From assembly GCA_017618195.1 (NCBI GenBank), contig JAFZUW010000013.1:9223-73222 (forward strand): 64,000 nucleotides of DNA, given 5' to 3'. The stretch comes from Lachnospiraceae bacterium (GTDB taxonomy: Bacteria; Bacillota; Clostridia; Lachnospirales; Lachnospiraceae). The notes beneath the pieces are model-generated. The model ran no database searches. It saw only the letters and a program-made list of their open reading frames with translations, and was not told where the DNA came from. Shown here piece by piece: positions 18,006 through 24,865 of the stretch (its first letter is position 1; every line of letters starts with the position of its first letter). A program made the translations under genes and the position numbers.

Positions 18006-19472
18006 TCAATTGCGGAACCAATCCTCCATGGAAGGCATTTCCGACTGACCTCCCTGGCCGAACGGGTTCGTCTGTCCCTGAGAACCTCCCTGGCCGAACG
18101 GGTTCGTCTGTCCCTGGGAGCCGCCCTGACCGAACGGATTGGTCTGTCCCTGGGAACCGCCCTGGCCGAACGGATTGGAATCCTCCTGCAGCGTCTTCTG
18201 TTCCGTCGAAACCGACTGACGGCGTACCGCAATGGTTACCGTCACTTCCATGGATTTGCCCTGACGGTAGATCGTAAGCGTAAATTGATCGCCTTCAGTG
18301 CCTTTTGCAATCATGCTCTTCAGCTCATCCACGCTCTTGATGTCGGTTCCGTTCACTTTCGTGATAATGTCATTTGCCTGAATACCGGCCTTATCGGCGG
18401 GACTGCCTTCCTCCACGCTTGAAACAACCGCACCGGCAAGTCCGAATGCTTCATAACCGCTGTCCAGATTGTATACGGATACGCCGATATAAGGCTTCTC
18501 CACATATCCTTTTTCGATGATGCTCTTAAGAATGTCCACAACGCTGTCGATCGGGATGGCAAATCCGATGTTGTCGATCGAAGCCGTAGAGGAACTTCCG
18601 CTGCTTGAATACTTGGCATTTACGATGCCGACCACTTCACCGTAGGTGTTGAACAGCGCGCCGCCGGAATTACCGGAGTTAATGGCGCAGTCCGTTTGAA
18701 TTAGCGTCATCGAGTTGTTATTGACCGTAATCGTCCGGTTCAACGCGCTGACAGCACCGTGTGTGAGGGAAAATGTCAATTCTCCGAGAGGATTGCCGAT
18801 CGCGATTACGCTGTCACCGACGCGCAGCTGATCGGAACTCCCGAGAATAACCGGCTGAAGATTGTTTGCATCGATCTTCAAAACGGCAAGATCGTTGCTT
18901 TCGTCATATCCGACCAGCTCCGCCTTGTATGCGGTGTCGTCGTATAACGTTACTTTAATATCCGAAGCGTCTTCGATTACATGATAGTTGGTTGCGATGT
19001 AACCGTCCGAAGTAAGGATGAATCCGGAACCGGATGCCGCCGCGGTCGTCCGGAATCCGAAATAGTTGGTCGTTACCGAAGTGGTAATGCCGACTGTCGA
19101 ATTCACGTTGGCTTCATAGATGTCCGCCGCGCTCATTTCCTTTCCCGTCTTGACGTACGAAACATTTAACGTCGTCTCTTCCTTCTTTCCGCGAAGAATT
19201 CCTGCGGGGGATTCCTTTTCCGCGGTAACGGAGGTATTGTCCTTACGGAACAGTCCATCATATGCAGCCATGCTGCCGGCTCCGATCACTCCGCCGAGAA
19301 GTGAGCCTGCAAGTACCAGTGCAACGATCCGTCCGCCGTGTCCTTTGGTCTTAGATACTTTCTTAACCGTCTGTGCGGGTACCGCTTCGGGAACTGCCTG
19401 CACCGCTTCGACTCTTAAAACTTCCGCTTCCTCATTGATGATTTCCGTCATATTTATATTGTTTTCCGTCAT
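18006..19472 (-). CDS. htrA: HtrA/DegP-family serine protease (S1C) with a TM anchor, a PDZ domain and a repetitive Gly/Gln-rich C-terminal tail
   Basis: Catalytic-triad context (TNYHV, DLAVLKI, GNSGGAL), a PDZ region, then NPFGQGGSQGQT x3 plus a partial copy. Confidence 0.9.
   Translation of the reverse strand: MTENNINMTEIINEEAEVLRVEAVQAVPEAVPAQTVKKVSKTKGHGGRIVALVLAGSLLGGVIGAGSMAAYDGLFRKDNTSVTAEKESPAGILRGKKEETTLNVSYVKTGKEMSAADIYEANVNSTVGITTSVTTNYFGFRTTAAASGSGFILTSDGYIATNYHVIEDASDIKVTLYDDTAYKAELVGYDESNDLAVLKIDANNLQPVILGSSDQLRVGDSVIAIGNPLGELTFSLTHGAVSALNRTITVNNNSMTLIQTDCAINSGNSGGALFNTYGEVVGIVNAKYSSSGSSSTASIDNIGFAIPIDSVVDILKSIIEKGYVEKPYIGVSVYNLDSGYEAFGLAGAVVSSVEEGSPADKAGIQANDIITKVNGTDIKSVDELKSMIAKGTEGDQFTLTIYRQGKSMEVTVTIAVRRQSVSTEQKTLQEDSNPFGQGGSQGQTNPFGQGGSQGQTNPFGQGGSQGQTNPFGQGGQSEMPSMEDWFRN
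18046..18185 (-). repeat. 36-bp in-frame tandem repeat (about 3.5 copies) inside htrA
   Basis: CTCCCTGGCCGAACGGGTTCGTCTGTCCCTGAGAAC and near-identical copies, encoding NPFGQGGSQGQT. Confidence 0.9.
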
Positions 19473-19505
19473 AGCCTTAATCTCCTTTGCTTTTGAACTG
19501 CCCTC

Positions 19506-19538
19506 ATTTTAACGGCCGTTACTTAAGCAAACCTTAAG
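19506..19538 (-). promoter_or_regulatory. Putative htrA promoter: -10 TAAAAT with two CTTAAG direct repeats at 11-bp spacing in place of a -35
   Basis: The minus strand reads GCTTAAGGTTTGCTTAAGTAACGGCCGTTAAAAT. The repeats are at 19522-19527 and 19533-19538, and the -10 is at 19506-19511. Confidence 0.4.
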
Positions 19539-19604
19539 CACATAATTTCTTCACAAATTCACATTTTCCGCGCCCGGGTGGGCTGTTTTTCTTCAGATTT
19601 GAAA

Positions 19605-19902
19605 TAATACTACCTTTTCTGATGTTTCAACTTCTTTCCGTAGTAATCTTCTCCTGTTCGAATGCTTCATTTTTGTCTGTTTTCAAGTTTTTACTACAGC
19701 ACATGCGGTTTCCTTTCTTTCCCGTAGTATGGTTTAAAAGAGATTCACTGAAACAGGCTGTTTTTTCCTTTTGCTTTACTACGGACTCCCGCCTTCTTAA
19801 TAGGATGCAGTAGTAAAAATCTCAGAATCGGGTTTTTCTCTGTCTTCACTGATTCAATCTTTGCTACAGCAATCACGGATTCTCATATTGTCAGTAGTAA
19901 TT
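19605..19902. repeat. Array of four TTACTAC-N26/27-GTAGTAA inverted heptamer pairs at about 85-bp phasing (non-coding)
   Basis: The heptamers on the plus strand are:
- aTACTAC 19607, GTAGTAA 19640
- TTACTAC 19691, GTAGTAt 19724
- TTACTAC 19776, GTAGTAA 19810
- TTgCTAC 19861, GTAGTAA 19894

Spacers within pairs are 26, 26, 27 and 26 nt. Spacers between pairs are 44, 45 and 44 nt. Confidence 0.8.
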
Positions 19903-19987
19903 TTCGCGTCCCACCGGAATTTGAAATGCGCTGCCGGACTTTGGATCCCTATTACACTTTGGAAACCCCCGCCGAACTTTGGGCAGC

Positions 19988-20015
19988 AAAAAAGGAGACC
20001 CTTTTCCGGGTCTCC
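19988..20015 (-). terminator. Rho-independent terminator after the histidine kinase gene
   Basis: Minus strand: GGAGACCC-ggaaaa-GGGTCTCC followed by TTTTTT. Confidence 0.8.
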
Positions 20016-20026
20016 TGCGTGCTTTT

Positions 20027-21256
20027 CTAGATTGGGAAGCTCGCCGTTACGACAAATGTACTGCCGTCCGGGGTCGATGCCGAAATCTTCCCGTTATGCT
20101 CCTCGGCAATTGCCTGCGCCATCGAAAGACCGATGCCGTGGCCGCCCGTTTCCGAGTTGCGGGAGCTGTCCATCCGGTAAAACCGTTCGAATACGTGCTT
20201 CAGGTCTTCCTGCTTAACCGGTATGACGGACGGATTGGCAACCGTCAGCTGAATGTGGCGCCCCTGTTTTTCCAAAGTAAGATTTATCCGGCTTTCCTCC
20301 GGCGAATATTTGACCGCGTTGTCGATCAAAATCGATACGAGCCTTGAAAATGCCTTGGCGTTTCCTTTCATGGAAAGCATCGGCTGAATCTGAAGCTCCA
20401 GTTCTTTCTTCTGCGACTGTGCAAGAGTCCGGAACGGAAGCGACGTTTCCGTAACGATTTCGGAAACCGGAAAATCCGTCATCGGAAGCGTTCCCTGGGA
20501 TTCCTCCATCTTCGCGAGATAGACAAGATCGTTCGTGAGTCCGCTGAGCCGTTCGGACTGCTGACGGATATCCTCTAAGCTTTCGTTATTCTCACCGAGA
20601 TCCATCTGCAGAACGTCAACGTTGGCGCGGATGATCGTGAGCGGGGTTTTGATCTCGTGACCTGCATCGGTAATAAACCGTTTCTGGCGGTCATAGCTTT
20701 CCGCAACCGGTCTTACGAAGCGTCCGGCGACGATGCAGATGACCAGAGCCGTAACGGCATATCCGAGCAACGCCATTCCGATGCTGAAGGTGATGAAATC
20801 ATGGATCAGGTCGATCTTCCGTCCGCAGTCAAGAAACGTGATCCGCGTGTAATCTCCTTCCGAAATGCGGTTGTAGCGGTATACTCCGACAAACCCTTTG
20901 TCCTTGCCGTCATCCAGCACCTTCTGCGCATAATCGACAGCCGTTTCGGAACCGATCATGTAAATCTGTGTCAGATCGGCGTTCAGAACCGTTCCGTCCG
21001 ATCCGATCAGTACCGAGAAGAACCGGCTCTCAAACGCGATTTCCGGCGACATGCCGCGCGGAAGCCAGTCCGGACGGTTGCCGCGAATCTCCGGGAAGTT
21101 TCCTCTGTTTTTCGACAACAACTCAAGGGTTGCGTCCGCTTCCTTAACTACCGATCGGTAATTCAGAAGATTCATTCCGACAACGATGACCGCGAGAAGA
21201 ACGAACAGTGCAGTCAGCGCCAAAACGATAAATTTGCGTTTCAGTTTCCGTATCAT
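20027..21256 (-). CDS. Sensor histidine kinase (two TM helices, HisKA + HATPase_c)
   Basis: H-box HEIKTPLTIIRANVDVL, N-box IDNAVKYSP and G-box GHGIGLSMAQ. It overlaps the response-regulator gene by 4 nt. Confidence 0.85.
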   Translation of the reverse strand: MIRKLKRKFIVLALTALFVLLAVIVVGMNLLNYRSVVKEADATLELLSKNRGNFPEIRGNRPDWLPRGMSPEIAFESRFFSVLIGSDGTVLNADLTQIYMIGSETAVDYAQKVLDDGKDKGFVGVYRYNRISEGDYTRITFLDCGRKIDLIHDFITFSIGMALLGYAVTALVICIVAGRFVRPVAESYDRQKRFITDAGHEIKTPLTIIRANVDVLQMDLGENNESLEDIRQQSERLSGLTNDLVYLAKMEESQGTLPMTDFPVSEIVTETSLPFRTLAQSQKKELELQIQPMLSMKGNAKAFSRLVSILIDNAVKYSPEESRINLTLEKQGRHIQLTVANPSVIPVKQEDLKHVFERFYRMDSSRNSETGGHGIGLSMAQAIAEEHNGKISASTPDGSTFVVTASFPI

Positions 21257-21924
21257 GTCTTCTCCTCCAGCGAGTATCCCGCATTTCTCGACGCCTTAAT
21301 CTGGATATTCGCATGAAGCGCATCCAGTTTCTTTCGAAGGTAGGAAATATAAACCCAGACGACGTTGATTTCCACATCGGATTCGTATCCCCAGATTTTC
21401 TCCATAAACCGGTCCGCGGAAATGATGTGGTGCGGATTGGACATCAGGAACTCCATCATCTGGAACTCTTTGTTGGCAAGCCGGAAGCATCCGTTCGCCG
21501 CCGAGAGTTCAAATGTGGAACGGTCGAGCGTCACATTTCCCATCCGAAGCTTATTGTCCGCAACCGTCTGACTTCTCGTAATAGCACGGATTCTTGCCAG
21601 CAGTTCCTTTGTATCGAACGGCTTCGCCAGATAATCGTTTGCTCCGCTGTCGAGACCGTATACCTTGTCTTCCACTTCGGATTTGGCGGTCAGCATCAGA
21701 ATCGGAATCTGACTTCCGGCCTCCCGTACCTTCCGAAGAACCGTAATGCCATCCATCTTGGGCATCATGATATCGAGAACGGCCGCATCATAGTTTCCGG
21801 ACTGAAGATACGCAAGCGCATCCTCTCCGTTATAAACCGGATCAACCGAATAATGATTCTTTTCAAAAATCGTCACCAGAACGCGCGACAGGGACTTCTC
21901 ATCTTCCGCCAACAAAATACGCAT
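21253..21924 (-). CDS. OmpR/PhoB-family response regulator
   Basis: Receiver domain (MRILLAEDE...LDIMMPKMDG...LTAK) plus a winged-helix C-terminus. The start is trimmed to MRILLAEDE, preceded by GAGGAGG. Confidence 0.9.
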   Translation of the reverse strand: MRILLAEDEKSLSRVLVTIFEKNHYSVDPVYNGEDALAYLQSGNYDAAVLDIMMPKMDGITVLRKVREAGSQIPILMLTAKSEVEDKVYGLDSGANDYLAKPFDTKELLARIRAITRSQTVADNKLRMGNVTLDRSTFELSAANGCFRLANKEFQMMEFLMSNPHHIISADRFMEKIWGYESDVEINVVWVYISYLRKKLDALHANIQIKASRNAGYSLEEKT

Positions 21925-22135
21925 AGCAGCGCACCTCCTCATTTCTTCTGGGTGCATTATGAAGCATGAAAATTAAATCAACTTAAAAGATTCCGCTTTT
22001 TATTTCATCAACCCGTTTTTCGGCATCACCGCATCCGTAAAGGATATCATGACGGCTGAAACAGGGCAGTTAATCGGACGTTTCATCGGATATCAGGATC
22101 ATAAGACTCTCCGTAAAATACCATGGCTTTGTTTT

Positions 22136-22144
22136 ATTCTATCA
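22136..22144 (-). promoter_or_regulatory. Extended -10 element upstream of the two-component operon
   Basis: CCGGAAAATG-TGaTAGAAT on the minus strand. This leaves a leader of about 200 nt before the response-regulator start. Confidence 0.45.
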
Positions 22145-22175
22145 CATTTTCCGGCGAAACAACAGGGAATGCCGT

Positions 22176-22973
22176 TTAACGCTTCCGTACGCACCAGATG
22201 ACGTTCTTCGCCGAGCCTTCGCCGCTTTCATAATGATAGCCGCCGTACACGTTCACGATTTCGAATCCGGTCAGTTCCAGAAGGTATTTCATCTCCTGAC
22301 GGTACGTCTGGCGCATCTTCAGGGGACGGATTCTCTCTCCGATCGCATTTCCGCTGTCGTCTAACGTCTCAAACTTCCAGTTTCCGCTCATAATCTGCGT
22401 ATAAGGGTCATAATTGATCGCGTTATAAATCCGCTCGCGCTTTCCCTGCTTATTCACATACTCCAGCCGGAAGGAATAATCGGTATCCTTCGTATTCATC
22501 TGCTGTGCCTGGAAATAAGGGTGCGGGTCAAACGTATTAAACGTAAGCATTCCGCCGTCCGTGAGGTTCTCTCTTATGTTCAAAAGCGCGGCGCGCTGCA
22601 GTTCAGGAGTTGTTAAGTGCATGAATCCGCTCCTTGCGATAATCGCGCAGGAATATTTCCGTTCGCTTCGAAATGCGGTCATGTCCGCAGGGAAGATGTT
22701 CAGGTTAAATCCCCGTGCCCTCGCTTTGGCCGCTGCCACATCGCACATGGCTTCCGAAAGGTCGGTTCCGTCGGCCTTAATTCCGTGCTCGGCAAGATAA
22801 AGTAGTACCGCGCCGGTTCCGCATGCGATATCAATCACACCATCCTGCCCGTATTTTTTTGCGAAATCGAGATAAAACTCCCGGAATCCCTCATGATTGT
22901 CTTCGTTCTTATACATTACATCGAGATACAAATCGTAATTCTCGGCAACATCACTGTAATCATGTAAATCCAT
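22176..22973 (-). CDS. Class I SAM-dependent methyltransferase
   Basis: Motif I VIDIACGTGAVLLYLAE. The start is trimmed to MDLHDYSD, preceded by AGGAG. It lies 13 nt downstream of the 2H-GNAT gene. Confidence 0.8.
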   Translation of the reverse strand: MDLHDYSDVAENYDLYLDVMYKNEDNHEGFREFYLDFAKKYGQDGVIDIACGTGAVLLYLAEHGIKADGTDLSEAMCDVAAAKARARGFNLNIFPADMTAFRSERKYSCAIIARSGFMHLTTPELQRAALLNIRENLTDGGMLTFNTFDPHPYFQAQQMNTKDTDYSFRLEYVNKQGKRERIYNAINYDPYTQIMSGNWKFETLDDSGNAIGERIRPLKMRQTYRQEMKYLLELTGFEIVNVYGGYHYESGEGSAKNVIWCVRKR

Positions 22974-22986
22974 ACCTGCTCTCCTT

Positions 22987-23979
22987 TCAATACAAATCCT
23001 TTTCCATATAACCGCAGGTAAACGGAAAGAAATCGAATTTCTGCGTTCCGACATGAACGAAACCGTATTTCTCGTACCAGCTGCGAAGCACTTTATTCTC
23101 TTCCACGATTCCGATCTTCAGCTTGCTCTTTCCGAGCATCCGTGCTTTCGTAAAGCAGTCCTCAAGCAGCTTTGTCCCGATCCCGTTACGGCGGAATTCC
23201 GGAAGTACCGCGAGGTTATTGAGTTCCGCGCTTCCGTCCTCCGCGAGTCCGAGGGAATAGTAACCCATGATTTTGCCCCGGTGCTCAAAGACGTACATCG
23301 GGCGCTTCTCAACCAGAAAATGATACGCGAGCCGCCCCTCGTCGGTTGCAAATGCGGTGAAGCGCGGGGCATTTTCCTTCGTGAAACCGAACTCATCCGC
23401 AACGGTCCGGAATGACTTGCGGATTACCTTGACGCACTCCGGAATCTCGCCCGCAGCCATCTCACGGATACTTCCGCGCACGGCTTCCTCCTTCTTCAGA
23501 TACACGGTTGTGATGTACCTCGCCGGGAAGAACTCGTACAGGTGAAGCGAGGTTACCTTGCCGACGAACGGCTTGAATTCTTTCAATACGGCCGGTACCG
23601 CACGCGCGATCACGTCCGGCTCGTCAATCAGCATGGTGGTGTGCGCCGCCCAGTCGAAGCTGTCGCCGAACGATTCTTTCAAATCAAGCAGGTCCCGGTT
23701 CGCATCGGGCGCGATAAAAAGGACGTATCCGCCGTTAAATATGCCGACATGGCTGAAGGATACTTCGAAAACGCTTATCCGCTCCGCAACACTTTGTAAA
23801 AGCGCCTTCACGACCTCCTCCTGTTCACAAGGGAAGGAATCTAAGGTGATGTGCGCCGGAAGATTCCTGGTATGGGTTCCGACGAAGCCCTGCTCATACA
23901 GTTTGTTCTGGATCCCGGACAGGTACGCTTCGGTCGCGTCATCATATCCGGCCAGGATGTAAAGTTTCTTATCTTCCAT
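22987..23979 (-). CDS. Fusion protein: 2H phosphoesterase (LigT / 2'-5' RNA ligase-like) + GNAT acetyltransferase
   Basis: The N-terminal half carries two HxTx motifs (AHITL, AHTTM) about 70 aa apart. The C-terminal half has a GNAT core (LAVLPEFRRNGIGTKLLE...YEKYGF). RBS AGGAGG. It sits directly behind the T-box terminator. Confidence 0.7.
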   Translation of the reverse strand: MEDKKLYILAGYDDATEAYLSGIQNKLYEQGFVGTHTRNLPAHITLDSFPCEQEEVVKALLQSVAERISVFEVSFSHVGIFNGGYVLFIAPDANRDLLDLKESFGDSFDWAAHTTMLIDEPDVIARAVPAVLKEFKPFVGKVTSLHLYEFFPARYITTVYLKKEEAVRGSIREMAAGEIPECVKVIRKSFRTVADEFGFTKENAPRFTAFATDEGRLAYHFLVEKRPMYVFEHRGKIMGYYSLGLAEDGSAELNNLAVLPEFRRNGIGTKLLEDCFTKARMLGKSKLKIGIVEENKVLRSWYEKYGFVHVGTQKFDFFPFTCGYMEKDLY

Positions 23980-24029
23980 GTTGTCCTCCTGTTCCGCCTC
24001 ATAAGGCTTGGTTGATTGGTTTTAACAAC

Positions 24030-24286
24030 ATAAGAAAAGCACCCGCAAGACCATAGTAATACAGTCTTAAGGGTGCTCTCGCACGGTTCCACCTTAACTT
24101 TTCACTTCAGATTCCGACAAATCCTAACCCTTAACGCAGGTGTACGGTAACGCTTACTCTCTTCGGCATTACAGCTCGGGAATGGTTTTCATTCATCGTC
24201 CTCATAAACGGCTTTCACCAAATGCCGTTCTCTCTTTCTGATTCGTGAGGAACTACTCTTTCCGTCAGTGCTTTTCTCATGTTATT
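24030..24286 (-). promoter_or_regulatory. T-box leader RNA (tRNA-sensing transcription attenuator); candidate specifier ACC (Thr)
   Basis: Minus-strand elements in canonical order:
- AGAGTA (24254-24259).
- AG-bulge AGAAAGAGAG.
- Distal loop TTGGTGAAAG between AACGGC/GCCGTT arms.
- Specifier-loop 3' side GAA-A-ACC-A (ACC = 24184-24186), followed by TTCC pairing back to GGAA.
- A second AGAGTA plus GCGTTA (F-box-like).
- T-box core AAGGTGGAACCGTGCGAG (24078-24093).
- Terminator GCACCCTTAAGAC...GTCTTGCGGGTGC plus TTTTCTTAT (24030-24076). Confidence 0.8.
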
Positions 24287-24292
24287 GTCGAC

Positions 24293-24321
24293 ACTATAAC
24301 AATTCCGGACTGATTTGTCAA
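24293..24321 (-). promoter_or_regulatory. Sigma-A type promoter of the T-box leader
   Basis: TTGACA (24316-24321), 17 nt, TATAGT (24293-24298) on the minus strand. Confidence 0.65.
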
Positions 24322-24350
24322 CGGATTTTTTCGTTTCGGACGAAGGTCCT

Positions 24351-24752
24351 TCACGCCTGTTCCTTTTCCCCGGAATCGGCCTTTCTCTGCACCCACTCAA
24401 CTGCTGCCAAAATGATGCAGCCCGCGGCATAACAGAGAATATCCTTAAAATCGAACGTTCCGCCGATCAGAATCCGCAGGAAGCGGTTGTCCGAAACGCC
24501 GAGCACTTCCGTGATGCGGAAATACTGCAGTACTTCCACCGTTACGGCCAGTGCGAATACGCCCGCCGGCAGCAGCGGCCACCCTTCCGGGTGAACCGTC
24601 CTCACAACGGCATATACGGCTATCACAACAAGAACGTCTCCCAGATACGGACGTACAAAACCATCATGCACATATTTCGCGATGATCACTTCCGCTGCAA
24701 TGATCAGTACAGCGGCACACAGATACCATAACCGCTTCGTCTGTTTCTTCAT
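24351..24752 (-). CDS. Small polytopic membrane protein (DUF2809-like)
   Basis: 133 aa with 4 predicted TM helices and a YLGDVLVV motif near TM1. The family name comes from memory of similar proteins and is tentative. Confidence 0.6.
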   Translation of the reverse strand: MKKQTKRLWYLCAAVLIIAAEVIIAKYVHDGFVRPYLGDVLVVIAVYAVVRTVHPEGWPLLPAGVFALAVTVEVLQYFRITEVLGVSDNRFLRILIGGTFDFKDILCYAAGCIILAAVEWVQRKADSGEKEQA

Positions 24753-24796
24753 TTCCCCTCCGCGTCAATCCGGAACGTTCGGATTGTTCTGATCCA

Positions 24797-24824
24797 AGTA
24801 TAGCAGACCGTACGAAAAAGGCAA
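24797..24824 (-). promoter_or_regulatory. Putative promoter of the DUF2809-like gene
   Basis: TTGCCT, 16 nt, TATACT on the minus strand. Confidence 0.5.
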
Positions 24825-24865
24825 TGCGCAATCTCCGCAATCATCGCGATGTGCTTTCCGATGAT

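Noticed and set aside
18046-18185. 36-bp tandem repeats, considered as a possible CRISPR array or minisatellite.
   Set aside because: - The units are directly abutting with no spacers.
- They are in frame within htrA and encode a peptide repeat.
- This is not a CRISPR array.
19605-19902. The regularly spaced repeat array, considered as a degenerate CRISPR array or a MITE cluster.
   Set aside because: - Only 7 nt are conserved per site, and the sites alternate in orientation.
- The conserved blocks are far too short for CRISPR repeats, and no cas genes are present.
- There are no target-site duplications or longer terminal inverted repeats to support a MITE.
- I kept it as an unexplained finding instead.
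24749-24844. A 31-aa ORF downstream of the XRE-TPR regulator, considered as a possible quorum-sensing propeptide.
   Set aside because: - It overlaps the predicted TTGCCT-16-TATACT promoter of the next gene.
- It has only a weak GGAAAG upstream.
- It has no hydrophobic signal-like segment and is Arg-rich.
- I cannot support it as a gene without conservation or translation data.
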